A DNA stretch of 64,000 nucleotides, from the NCBI GenBank assembly GCA_042408195.1, contig JBHOQL010000045.1:282-64281 (forward strand), in the 5' to 3' direction. The stretch is from Anaerolineae bacterium (GTDB taxonomy: Bacteria > Chloroflexota > Anaerolineae > SpSt-600). Under the pieces are notes generated by a model. It was given only the letters and a program-made list of their open reading frames with translations, had not been told where the DNA came from and searched no databases. Numbering within the stretch: position 1 is the stretch's first letter; each line of letters begins with the position of its first letter. Positions 9,362-18,306 of the stretch are shown one piece after another. The position numbers and the translations under genes are program-made.

Positions 9362-11107
9362 TTAGAAGGCATAAACCTTGTCCAGCTCTTCATCCGGTAC
9401 ATCCCAGACCACATTGTGAGGCGGAAGCGGTTCATACTTCATGAATTCAGGCAAGCGGTCATGGGCCTTGGTGAACCCAGCAGCCTCGTTGAAGAGCCTC
9501 TCCTTCTTCAGGATTTCAAGCCCGTAGTTGGTTACATCTTCGGCCGTCCAGTTGGTACCGAGGACGCCGTTGCACTCCTCAATAAGGCCCTCAAAGCCGC
9601 TGGGGATGTCCAGAATTGCGAAAGCAATGAAGAGGCAGTGGCCGGTGGAGTCAATGAAAGCGGTGGTAGCCTGGAAGTTGCGGGAGAGCTCCGCCTTCCG
9701 GACATCGCGGGGGTCAACCTTGCCACCGACTCCGAGGACTTCCGGAGCTATGGTGTATCCGGAGGTGTGGTCGGCGCCCATGGTGGAGGTGGCGTAAGTG
9801 ACACCAATGCCCTTTACAGCTCGAGGCTCATAAGCAGGCATGTTCTGACCCTTCACGCCAGGGATACGGTGCCAACCGAAGGCCATGCCAGTAAAAGCAG
9901 CGCCGTTGCCGATGATGCGGCCCAGAGGAGTGCCCTTGCGCACTTCCTCATCCAACAGGCGGATGGCTCCCTTCCAGTCACCAAAGGGCAGCAGCCCGGC
10001 GTCCATGGCCACCGCTATCGTGCCACCAGTTTCAATGGTGTCAAGGCCAAGGTCGTTGCAGAGCCAAGTCAGTTTGCCGATGGCATCTAGATTGTCAATC
10101 CCACAGTTGGCTCCCAGGGCCCAGGTGGTCTCGTATTCAATGCAGGAGACGATTTCCTTGCCCTGTTCATCGTAATAAGTGTTGGAGCACTGGATCACAC
10201 AGCCGGGGTGGCAGGCGTGGTTGTAAAGCTCCTTGCCCAGGCGTTTCTTGTTGTTCTCAAAGATTGCCTCACCGGAGGTAGCAGCTGCGCCCTCAAAGCG
10301 ACCCTCGCGGAAGTTGCGGGTGGGATAGGCACCGGCTTCATTTATGATGTTAACCAGGACGGCGGTGCCGTAGGTGTTGAGAGAACCCTTGGGCTTGGTG
10401 ATATCATGGGTGCGAAGAGCCTCCAGGAGCTTCTTCCGGCCCTGCTCAAATAGATCGGGATTAGCAATCTCTACGCCTGGAGCTCCCTCATCGTCCACGA
10501 TGATGAACTTCACGCCTTTGGAGCCGATGACGGCGCCAGCACCACCACGGCCGGCATAGCGGCTTGGCCTCCCTTCAATGTCGTTGAAGCAAACACCGGC
10601 CATGGCCATCCTCATCTCTCCGGCCACCCCTATGCTCATTACCCCGATCTTGCGGCCGAAACGCTCAAAGATTTTGGGGTAGACCTCGTAGAGGCTCTTG
10701 CCTACATACTCATCGGCCGGCTCAAACCTGACGCCGTCCTTAGAAATGTGGATGAGCCAGAATTTGCCAGGCTCCTTGGGGTAGCCCTCAATGATTACGC
10801 CTCTTATGCCCAAGCGAGCAAGACGCTGAGGCCACTCAGAGCCCGCATTGGTTTCCTTTATAGTACCGGTAAGGGGGGATTTTGTTCCAACGGAAACCCT
10901 ACCGCTTGTGGGGGCATTAGTTCCAGTGACAATACCAGGAGCCAGGACTACTTTGTTATTGGGGCCAAGAGGATGGCAAGTAGGGTCAACTTCATCGCAG
11001 ATTATTGCCGAAGTCAGGGCTCGTCCCGCCAGGTACTTGTACTTCTCGGGAAGGTCCTCAAACCTGGCGGTGAGGTCTGTCATGTTTATCCTGAGCAGCT
11101 TCGCCAT
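9362..11107 (-). CDS. aor: Aldehyde:ferredoxin oxidoreductase (tungstopterin AOR family)
   Basis: MAKLLRINMTDLTARFEDLP... has the AOR N-terminal domain and aligns to the family along its length. AGGAGG lies 7 nt upstream of the ATG at 11107. The 11 extra codons in the ORF track lack an RBS. Confidence 0.9.
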   Translation of the reverse strand: MAKLLRINMTDLTARFEDLPEKYKYLAGRALTSAIICDEVDPTCHPLGPNNKVVLAPGIVTGTNAPTSGRVSVGTKSPLTGTIKETNAGSEWPQRLARLGIRGVIIEGYPKEPGKFWLIHISKDGVRFEPADEYVGKSLYEVYPKIFERFGRKIGVMSIGVAGEMRMAMAGVCFNDIEGRPSRYAGRGGAGAVIGSKGVKFIIVDDEGAPGVEIANPDLFEQGRKKLLEALRTHDITKPKGSLNTYGTAVLVNIINEAGAYPTRNFREGRFEGAAATSGEAIFENNKKRLGKELYNHACHPGCVIQCSNTYYDEQGKEIVSCIEYETTWALGANCGIDNLDAIGKLTWLCNDLGLDTIETGGTIAVAMDAGLLPFGDWKGAIRLLDEEVRKGTPLGRIIGNGAAFTGMAFGWHRIPGVKGQNMPAYEPRAVKGIGVTYATSTMGADHTSGYTIAPEVLGVGGKVDPRDVRKAELSRNFQATTAFIDSTGHCLFIAFAILDIPSGFEGLIEECNGVLGTNWTAEDVTNYGLEILKKERLFNEAAGFTKAHDRLPEFMKYEPLPPHNVVWDVPDEELDKVYAF

Positions 11108-11144
11108 CTCTTTAACCTCCTTTGGTTTGGGGAACACCAATTAA

Positions 11145-11173
11145 AATTATAAACTAAAAGGCACAAGAAGGCA
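11145..11173 (-). promoter_or_regulatory. Putative sigma-70 promoter for aor (TTGCCT-17-TATAAT)
   Basis: On the minus strand, ttgcct (11168-11173), a 17-nt spacer, then tataat (11145-11150). It lies about 38 nt upstream of the aor ATG. Confidence 0.4.
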
Positions 11174-11491
11174 AATGGAAAGCGCTCGCTGCCGGGAGAG
11201 CGCTACCATGCATAGGACAGCAGTGAAGGGCGGTACTTCCCTCCTGCAAAAAATGCGGGAAAAGCTCAGTAAGCTGAGAGGGAGAAAGATGAAGCAGACA
11301 ACCCCCTTTCCACGGAACCCACCGCAAACGCAGAGCCCAAAGCGACCCTCAAGTCTCTGCGCCCAACAGATTAGCGCGACATCCAGATGGAGCTTTACTG
11401 GCTTAGTCCTTGCACATGGAATCTGGTTTTGCAGGAATGGAGCAAAAGCATTATCATTATGAGCAAAATACCGAAGCTAGGAGGAGATGAA

Positions 11492-12013
11492 ATGGATTTT
11501 TGGGAAGTGATCGAAAAAAGACACAGCGTGAGGGATTTCCTTCCCGACGATGTTCCCGAGGAAGATGTGAGAAAGATCCTCCATGCCGCCATAAGGGCCC
11601 CTTCGGCAGGGAACAGGCAGCCCTGGCATTTCTACGTGGTCAGAGACCAGCAAGTTAAAAGGGGGCTCGCCCGGGCAGCTCTGAACCAAGAATTCGTAGC
11701 GAAGGCCCCTTTGGTAATTGTCGTTTGCGCTGACCCTGGAAGATCGGCAGCGAGGTACGGAAACCGGGGGGCGGAACTATACTGCCTCCAGGATACGGCC
11801 GCAGCCACCGAACACATCCTCTTGGCTGCTACGGCCCTTGGCTACGGGAGCTGTTGGGTCGGAGCTTTCAATGAAATGGAAGCGGCCGCAGTCCTCAAAC
11901 TACCCCCCCACCTCCGCCCAGTGGCAATAATACCCATAGGGAAACCAGGTAAGGAATCGTTCGCCCGTACCCCGAGGCGCCCCATCGAAGAAGTATGCAC
12001 CTTTATCCCGTAA
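11492..12013 (+). CDS. Nitroreductase-family FMN oxidoreductase
   Basis: MDFWEVIEKRHSVRDF...APSAGNRQPWHFYVV. GGAGGAG RBS upstream of the ATG at 11492. Confidence 0.85.
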   Translation: MDFWEVIEKRHSVRDFLPDDVPEEDVRKILHAAIRAPSAGNRQPWHFYVVRDQQVKRGLARAALNQEFVAKAPLVIVVCADPGRSAARYGNRGAELYCLQDTAAATEHILLAATALGYGSCWVGAFNEMEAAAVLKLPPHLRPVAIIPIGKPGKESFARTPRRPIEEVCTFIP

Positions 12014-12027
12014 CCCTTAAGGCCCCA

Positions 12028-12056
12028 TTGCTCTCCCTTTCGGCTTGTGATATAAT
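12028..12056 (+). promoter_or_regulatory. Sigma-70 promoter with extended -10 (TTGCTC-17-TGaTATAAT)
   Basis: ttgctc 12028-12033, tg at 12048-12049, tataat 12051-12056. It lies 21 nt upstream of the TTG start at 12078, which has an AGGAGGG RBS. Confidence 0.5.
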
Positions 12057-12077
12057 CCCCTCCCAAGGAGGGAAGAC

Positions 12078-13088
12078 TTGAGAGTCCTCCCGGTGGGAAA
12101 ACTGGATCCAGAACTTTTCCGTTACCTCCTGACTAAATATACCGCTCTGGACGAAAGGGTTGTGGTAGGAGCTCGTTTCGGGGAAGATGCTGCGGTCATT
12201 GATATGGGCGACCGCTACCTCGTAGTGAAAAGTGACCCTATAACCTTCGCCACCGATCTAATAGGCTGGTATGCGGTTAACGTAAACGCCAACGATGTGG
12301 CCTCAATGGGGGCAAGGCCAAGGTGGATGCTCTGCACTTTCCTCCTCCCCGAAGGGAAAACTACCCCGGACCTGGCCGAAACCCTCTTCGCCCAAACTGC
12401 TCAAGCTGCTCAAAGCCTTGGCATCGTTGTAATCGGTGGCCACACTGAAGTCACTTACGGCCTCGATAGGCCAATAGTGGTGGGACATATGCTGGGAGAG
12501 GTGAGCAAAGAAAAGCTCGTGACCTCTTCCGGAGCCCGTCCTGGAGATGATATTGTCCTGGTTAAAGGCATACCCATTGAGGGAACCTCAATCATTGCCA
12601 GGGAAAAGGGTCAGGAACTCCTTGCACGGGGCTACGATGAAGCTTTCATTGAAAGAGCAAAAACTTACCTTTTTGACCCGGGGATAAGCGTTGTGGAGGC
12701 TGCCCTCCTTGCAGTGGAGACTGTTCCAGTCCACTCCATGCACGATCCCACTGAGGGGGGGATAGCGATGGGAATCTACGAACTGGCCGAGGCCTCAGAA
12801 GTGGGCTTTATTGTAAATGAGGAGGCCATTGAAGTCTTACCCGAGGGGCAAATCCTCTGCCGAGAGTTCGGCCTTGACCCCATGGGGACAATTGCTTCCG
12901 GAGCTTTGATTATTACCCTTGCCCCCGAGCACACCTCAGCCCTCATGGAAGCATTTCACAAGCGGGGCATAAAGAGCAGCATTATAGGCCGGATCCTGTC
13001 TCCTGAAGAGGGAAGGTGGATCCAGAGAGGAGATGAGATCAGGCCTCTGGTCCCCTTCCCCCAGGACGAAATAACTAAGATTTTCTGA
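12078..13088 (+). CDS. AIR-synthase-related (PurM superfamily; HypE/ThiL-like) protein
   Basis: FGEDAAVIDMGDRYLVVKSDPITF...NVNANDVASMGARP...VIGGHTE are the ATP-binding motifs of the PurM/HypE/ThiL/SelD fold. It has no C-terminal PRIC, so it is not a second HypE. Confidence 0.8.
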   Translation: MRVLPVGKLDPELFRYLLTKYTALDERVVVGARFGEDAAVIDMGDRYLVVKSDPITFATDLIGWYAVNVNANDVASMGARPRWMLCTFLLPEGKTTPDLAETLFAQTAQAAQSLGIVVIGGHTEVTYGLDRPIVVGHMLGEVSKEKLVTSSGARPGDDIVLVKGIPIEGTSIIAREKGQELLARGYDEAFIERAKTYLFDPGISVVEAALLAVETVPVHSMHDPTEGGIAMGIYELAEASEVGFIVNEEAIEVLPEGQILCREFGLDPMGTIASGALIITLAPEHTSALMEAFHKRGIKSSIIGRILSPEEGRWIQRGDEIRPLVPFPQDEITKIF

Positions 13089-13101
13089 AAGGGGAAGAAA
13101 A

Positions 13102-13950
13102 ATGCACCGCGAGGAGCCAGTTGTCTATAAATACCTTAGGGCCAAGAAAAAGTTTCCTAACATCTGGTGTGCAGGGTGCGGTATAGGAATAGTAATGGGG
13201 GCCCTTGTCAGAGCCATTGACCGGATAGGCCTTTCCAAAGATGAGGTAGCGGTGATTTCGGGTATAGGGTGCTCAGGGAGAATGACAGTCTACCTTGATT
13301 TCAACACCCTTCACACCACTCACGGAAGAGCGCTGACCTTCGCCACTGGTCTCAAACTTGCCCGACCCGATCTCAAGGTAATTGTGGTTATGGGCGATGG
13401 CGACGCCCTGGCCATAGGAGGAAACCACTTCATTCACAGTTGCCGCCGCAATATCGATCTCACAGCCATTATCATTAACAATAGCGTTTATGGTATGACA
13501 GGAGGTCAGGTCGGGCCCACTACCCCGCTGGGGGCGCTTTCCGCCACCACTCCCTATGGCAACCTGGAGCAACCCTTCAACATCCCCGAGCTCTCCATCG
13601 CTGCTGGAGCGAGCTTCGTGGCCAGGAGCACCGTTTACCACGCCGTTGAGCTGAGCCGCTTCATTGAGAAAGCCATCCTTAAAAAAGGCTTCGCAGTTGT
13701 GGAGGCCGTAAGTTATTGCCACACCCATTTCGGTCGGATGAACAATTTCCGCACCCCGGTGGAAATGATGCGCCTCCTCAAGGACATCGCTATACCCCTG
13801 AGCGAATATGAAAAACTCCCCCCGGAGCAGAGGCAGGGCAAAATAAGCAGGGGCATTTTCCTGGACAAGGAGGCACCCGAGTTCGTGGAAGAATATGAAA
13901 AGCTCATTGCCACTTTCGTGGCTTCAGGAGGGGACAATGGAACGCTTTGA
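13102..13950 (+). CDS. korB: 2-oxoacid:ferredoxin oxidoreductase beta subunit (TPP-binding, KorB-like)
   Basis: WCAGCGIGIV...GIGCSGR...VVMGDGDALAIGGNHFIH...INNSVYGMTGGQ. Confidence 0.9.
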   Translation: MHREEPVVYKYLRAKKKFPNIWCAGCGIGIVMGALVRAIDRIGLSKDEVAVISGIGCSGRMTVYLDFNTLHTTHGRALTFATGLKLARPDLKVIVVMGDGDALAIGGNHFIHSCRRNIDLTAIIINNSVYGMTGGQVGPTTPLGALSATTPYGNLEQPFNIPELSIAAGASFVARSTVYHAVELSRFIEKAILKKGFAVVEAVSYCHTHFGRMNNFRTPVEMMRLLKDIAIPLSEYEKLPPEQRQGKISRGIFLDKEAPEFVEEYEKLIATFVASGGDNGTL

Positions 13951-14497
13951 AATAAAGCTCGCTGGTGAAGGAGGCCAGGGGCTGGTCCTGGCGGGCATAA
14001 TCCTGGCTGAAGCCGCCGTAAGGGACAATAAAAACGTGGCTCAGACCCAATCCTATGGCCCAGAGGCCAGGGGAGGGGCTTCTTCATCGGAAGTGGTGAT
14101 TTCTGATGGAGAAATCGATTACCCCAAAGTAATCCAGGCCGATGTCCTTCTGGCCATGAGCCAAGAAGCTTGCGATAAGTTCTACTGCGAAGTCAAGAGG
14201 AATGGGCTCTTCATCGTTGATTCGGTGAACGTCCACAGAATCCCAACGGCAGAAGCTATACAGGTTCCCATTACAGCCCTGGCTGAAGAGGTTACAGGGA
14301 AAAGGGTAACGGCCAGCATTTTGGCATTGGGGATAATAGTTGGCCTTACCGGAGTGGTTTCCGAGGAAGCCATAAAAGGAGCGGTCATGGCACGGGTGCC
14401 AAAAGGCACAGAAGAGGTCAACCTTAAAGCCTTGGAGGCAGGAATAGCTAAGGGCAAGGAGCTAGCCTCTGCCAGAAAAAAAGGACGTGAGCACTGA
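13937..14497 (+). CDS. korC: 2-oxoacid:ferredoxin oxidoreductase gamma subunit (KorC-like)
   Basis: MERFEIKLAGEGGQGLVLAGIILAEAA...SYGPEARGG. The ATG at 13937 overlaps the korB end by 14 nt. Confidence 0.85.
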   Translation: MERFEIKLAGEGGQGLVLAGIILAEAAVRDNKNVAQTQSYGPEARGGASSSEVVISDGEIDYPKVIQADVLLAMSQEACDKFYCEVKRNGLFIVDSVNVHRIPTAEAIQVPITALAEEVTGKRVTASILALGIIVGLTGVVSEEAIKGAVMARVPKGTEEVNLKALEAGIAKGKELASARKKGREH

Positions 14498-15914
14498 TAA
14501 ACTCCTAAAGCAGATAATAGCCTTCATAAAGGAAAAGCACCCCGACGCCTACCTAGTCGGAGGATGCGTAAGGGACCGTCTTATGGGCAGAGAATGCAAA
14601 GATTTTGACTTTGTAGTAGCCCATGATGCCATTCCTCTGGGCCGGGAACTGGCTGAACGCTTCCGGGGTGGATTTGTGCTACTGGATGAGCAGAGGGACT
14701 TCTCCCGGGTAGTCTTCAAGGATTTCTACGTGGACCTGGCCCGTATCGTGGGCAAGGACATATTGGAAGACCTCAGCCACAGGGATTTCACCATTAACGC
14801 CATGGCAGTGCTCCTGGACGATTGGGATAAGGACCCTATGCCGATCCTTGATCCCTTCGGAGGAAAGAGGGACTTGAAAGCGCGGACCATTCGGCGCCTT
14901 TCGCCTCTGTCCTTTCCGGAGGACCCGTGCCGCATTCTAAGAGCGGTCCGCCTTGCAGCCCAGCTTCGCTTTGAAATAGACCCACAGACGCTAAAGGAAA
15001 TGGCCGAATACGCCTCGCTCTTATTTATGGTTTCGCGAGAGCGGCTCCGGGACGAATTTGCCCTCATCTTGGCCGAAAGGGATTCTTCCCGTTATGTAAA
15101 ACTCTTGGATGAACTGGGAATCCTCAAAGAACTAATTCCTGAACTGGAACGCCTCAGAGGCCTCCACCAAAGCTACCCCCACCACCTGGATGGCCTAAAC
15201 CATACGTTGGAAACCCTCTCCTGGCTGGAGTGGCTCCTTGATGACCAAATTCTCTCGGCTCGCTTTGGAGGAATAAAAGAGTCTATCCTCAGGCACCTTA
15301 AGCGCCACGTTGCCGCCAACAGGCACGCCTTGATAGTTCTTAAGATTGCCACCCTACTGCACGACCTTGGTAAACCCGATACCTTGACCGTTGATGATAA
15401 GGGCACGCACTTTTACGGACACGAGAAGGAGGGAGCCACTATAGCGACCAGCGTAATGAAGAGACTACGTTTTTCATCAAGAGAGATTGAGGGAGTTTAC
15501 ACCATCGTCCTTAACCACATGCGACCTGCCCTTTTGGCTCAGGAAGGGGTGCTCTCCAGGAGAGCGATCCACCGCTTTTGGCGCGATACAGGAGATTGGG
15601 GGGTGGAGACTTGCCTCCTCTCCCTTGCCGACCACCTGGCCACCTGGATGGAAGATTTAATCCCGGAGCGATGGGAAAGCCGGGTAAAGGTGGCGAAAGA
15701 ACTGCTTACAGCCTATTTCAACCATCGGGAGGAGTTCCTGCCCAAGCCTCTGGTGCGGGGAGATGAGATAATAGAGGCTCTCGGTCTTAAACCCGGACCT
15801 ACTGTGGGCACACTTCTCCGGTTAGTGCAAGAAGCTCAAGTGGAAGGGGAAGTCAAAACCAAGGAGGAAGCCATTGAACTGGCCAGAAGGGCGCTGGACT
15901 CCGGGGAGGTTTAG
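14487..15914 (+). CDS. cca: CCA-adding enzyme / class II tRNA nucleotidyltransferase with HD domain
   Basis: YLVGGCVRDRLMG...DFDF head domain, RDFTINA, and HD motif LLHDLGKP...GHEKEG. GTG start overlaps korC by 11 nt. Confidence 0.85.
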   Translation: MSTDKLLKQIIAFIKEKHPDAYLVGGCVRDRLMGRECKDFDFVVAHDAIPLGRELAERFRGGFVLLDEQRDFSRVVFKDFYVDLARIVGKDILEDLSHRDFTINAMAVLLDDWDKDPMPILDPFGGKRDLKARTIRRLSPLSFPEDPCRILRAVRLAAQLRFEIDPQTLKEMAEYASLLFMVSRERLRDEFALILAERDSSRYVKLLDELGILKELIPELERLRGLHQSYPHHLDGLNHTLETLSWLEWLLDDQILSARFGGIKESILRHLKRHVAANRHALIVLKIATLLHDLGKPDTLTVDDKGTHFYGHEKEGATIATSVMKRLRFSSREIEGVYTIVLNHMRPALLAQEGVLSRRAIHRFWRDTGDWGVETCLLSLADHLATWMEDLIPERWESRVKVAKELLTAYFNHREEFLPKPLVRGDEIIEALGLKPGPTVGTLLRLVQEAQVEGEVKTKEEAIELARRALDSGEV

Positions 15915-15916
15915 CT

Positions 15917-16447
15917 TTGGGAGCTGTTGTCTTTGACCTGGAAACCATGCGTTCCCTGCAGGAGGTGGGTGGAAGACATAACCTTCACCGCCTTGGCCTT
16001 TCAGTGGCTGTTACTTACAACGAGGATGAAAGCCTTTTTCGTTTCTATACAGAGGAAAACGTGGCCGAGCTGGTGGAGGAACTGAAGCGGGGCAACCCAG
16101 TGGTAGGGTTTAACGTCTACCGGTTTGATTATCCCGTCCTTCAGGCGTATACTTCGTTCCCCTTGGAGAGCCTTCCCACTCTGGATATCCTTGAAGAGAT
16201 TTACAAGAAGGCTGGATTTAAAGTTAGCCTTGACCATCTGGCCTGGGCTAACCTTGGTGTCACCAAAATGGGCGATGGAATGCTGGCCATTCGCCTCTGG
16301 CGCCAGGGGCGAATTGAAGAACTCTGGGAGTACTGCCGTAGGGATGTGGAAATAACCTGGCATCTTTACAACTTTGGCCGACGCAACAAGTACATCCTCT
16401 GTTTTGACCGGAAGTGGCGCGAAGTCAAGATCCCAGTTAACTGGTAA
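15917..16447 (+). CDS. DEDD-type 3'-5' exonuclease-like (RNase H-fold, PolB-exo/YprB-like) protein
   Basis: FDLET (ExoI), GFNVYRFDYPVL (ExoII), YCRRDVE (ExoIII). TTG start 2 nt after the cca stop. Confidence 0.65.
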   Translation: MGAVVFDLETMRSLQEVGGRHNLHRLGLSVAVTYNEDESLFRFYTEENVAELVEELKRGNPVVGFNVYRFDYPVLQAYTSFPLESLPTLDILEEIYKKAGFKVSLDHLAWANLGVTKMGDGMLAIRLWRQGRIEELWEYCRRDVEITWHLYNFGRRNKYILCFDRKWREVKIPVNW

Positions 16448-16777
16448 GGGAGCGGTCCGCACGATGAACAAATACAGGGGTTCATCCTCAGCATCCATCA
16501 AAAGGGGTCAAAGTCTTCAGAAACTCTATTCTACTTGCCTCTACAAACCGGGAGTGAGCCGCAGGGGTGGACAACTTGCCTCCGGTTTGATTTTCTGGAC
16601 AAACACCACCTGCGCTTTTCGAGAAAGGGCTTCGTCCCCCCAGTTCCCGGCTCTGTCCACCACCGTAGGTCTTGAAGCTGCCTCAGCTTGCTTTCCGAAA
16701 TTCTACATCCCAAAACTATCGGCAGGTAAACCCTGTGTATGCTCCATCTACCCGGTTACAAGCGAGGAGAGAGAGGA

Positions 16778-17347
16778 ATGAGGAAAGGTGCCCGCATCAA
16801 GCTAAGCAAGTTCATGAGCTACATACTACGCCATCATCCTGAAAGAGTGGGACTAACTCTGGACGAGGAGGGTTTTGTTTCTGTGGATGAGTTAGCGAAA
16901 GCCATCGCTTCAACTCCCGGATGGGGATGGGTTGAAAGGCACCATCTGATGCAAGTGGTCACGGGTGACCCCAAAGGGCGCTTCCAAGTGGTGGGTGATA
17001 AAATAAGGGCAGCATATGGCCACAGCGTTGAATTATCCATCAAGTACAAACCTATTAAACCCCCTGAAATCCTTTACCACGGCACAGCCCGGCGAGCGAT
17101 TCCCGCTATAAAAAGGGAAGGCCTTAAGCCTCAGAAACGGCGCTACGTCCACCTTTCGGCTGACGAAGATATGGCTTTCGAGGTGGGCAGACGGCATGAT
17201 GAAAATCCAGTGTTGCTGAAGATAAAAGCCAGGGAGGCTTACAGAGCTGGAATTTTCTTTACCAAAGCTGCCCCTAATGTTTTCCTTTCCGACCCCATAC
17301 CTCCGGAGTTCATAATTTTCCCTGAGGGAGAGGAAGATGAAGAATAG
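16778..17347 (+). CDS. kptA: RNA 2'-phosphotransferase, Tpt1/KptA family
   Basis: LSKFMSYILRHHPERVGLTLDEEGFVSVDEL...HGT...RRYVHLS. ATG at 16778 after GAGAGAGG. Confidence 0.85.
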   Translation: MRKGARIKLSKFMSYILRHHPERVGLTLDEEGFVSVDELAKAIASTPGWGWVERHHLMQVVTGDPKGRFQVVGDKIRAAYGHSVELSIKYKPIKPPEILYHGTARRAIPAIKREGLKPQKRRYVHLSADEDMAFEVGRRHDENPVLLKIKAREAYRAGIFFTKAAPNVFLSDPIPPEFIIFPEGEEDEE

Positions 17348-17903
17348 ACGCATCCTCCTACACATTTGCTGTGCACCCTGTAGTACCTACACGATCGCCC
17401 GGCTCCGGGAACTGGGGTTTGAGGTAACAGGCTTTTGGTATAACCCCAATATCCACCCTTATACTGAGCACCAGCTTCGTTTGGAAAGCTTGAGGAATTA
17501 TGCTTCAGCCATTGGCCTTGCCCTGGTGGAAGAGCCTGGCTACGAATTGGTCCACTTCCTGCGAACAGTGTGTGGAAAAGAGCGGTTTCGGGAAAGGTGC
17601 AAGCTGTGCTATGAAATGAGGCTTCTGCGCACGGCCGTAAGGGCCAGGGAAAGGGGGTTTGACCTTTTCACCACTACCCTTCTCATCAGCCCCTACCAGG
17701 ACCAGGAGTCTTTAAGGGAAATAGGTGAGAAGGTAGGAAGAGAAATGGGCGTTGAATTTTACTTTGAGAACTTCCGCCGCGGTTGGGCCGAAAGGGGGAA
17801 GCTCGCTAGAGAATATAATCTCTACCGTCAGCAGTATTGCGGTTGCATTTACAGCGAGTGGGAAAGGTACGATAAGAAGGGCTCTGAAGAGTTCTGGGGG
17901 TGA
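17337..17903 (+). CDS. queH: Epoxyqueuosine reductase QueH (DUF208)
   Basis: LLHICCAPCSTY...WYNPNIHP...CKLCYEMRL...YRQQYCGC. Overlaps the kptA stop. Confidence 0.85.
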   Translation: MKNRRILLHICCAPCSTYTIARLRELGFEVTGFWYNPNIHPYTEHQLRLESLRNYASAIGLALVEEPGYELVHFLRTVCGKERFRERCKLCYEMRLLRTAVRARERGFDLFTTTLLISPYQDQESLREIGEKVGREMGVEFYFENFRRGWAERGKLAREYNLYRQQYCGCIYSEWERYDKKGSEEFWG

Positions 17904-17919
17904 AACGGAAGGAGCCATC

Positions 17920-18306
17920 ATGCTCGCCAGACTCAAGGCTCGTGCCCATGATCTGGAAAAAGAAGCCTACGCTCTTTATATCGCCATGCGGGACCCGCGA
18001 GTTCCTTGGTATGCTAAGGCCTTTTTGGCACTGGTGATAGCGCACACTTTCAGCCCCATAGACCTGTTCCCCGACTTCATCCCCGTCCTTGGCTACCTTG
18101 ATGATTTGGTAATAACACCGCTGGGCATCGCCATTGCCCTTAAGGTGATTCCACATCAAGTGATGGCCGAGGCCCGGCAGCAGTCCGAAGAGCTATTGCA
18201 GCAGGGGAAACCAGTTACCCGGGCCGGGGCGATCTTGGTCATAGCCTTCTGGGCGATCATCATAATCGCAATCGCATGGTCCATTCTGCGAGCTGCAGTG
18301 GATTAG
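17920..18306 (+). CDS. DUF1232 (YkvA-like) membrane protein
   Basis: PWYAKAFLALVIAHTFSPIDLFPDFIPVLGYLDDLVITPLG. ATG at 17920 after GGAGCC. The upstream part of the 184-aa ORF overlaps queH. Confidence 0.75.
   Translation: MLARLKARAHDLEKEAYALYIAMRDPRVPWYAKAFLALVIAHTFSPIDLFPDFIPVLGYLDDLVITPLGIAIALKVIPHQVMAEARQQSEELLQQGKPVTRAGAILVIAFWAIIIIAIAWSILRAAVD

Noticed and set aside
11108-11400. Moco/tungsten-cofactor riboswitch in front of aor
   Set aside because: It is plausible biologically, but I could not recognise the conserved core by eye. The best promoter candidate also leaves a leader of only about 38 nt. A covariance-model scan (Rfam RF01055) would be needed.
16448-16777. SRP RNA, tmRNA or 6S RNA in the kptA upstream gap
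   Set aside because: I looked on both strands for the SRP domain IV core (GGUCCGGAAGGAAGCAGC), a tmRNA tRNA-like end (GGUUCGAnUCC...CCACCA) and a long closing helix. Only weak partial resemblances were found (GUAGGUCUUGAAGCUGCC; UCCACCACC), so there is no support.
16374-16781. 135-aa ORF spanning the cca-exo/kptA gap
   Set aside because: It has a Ser/Gly/Arg-rich low-complexity product, overlaps the end of the exonuclease gene and has no RBS. I treated the region as non-coding.
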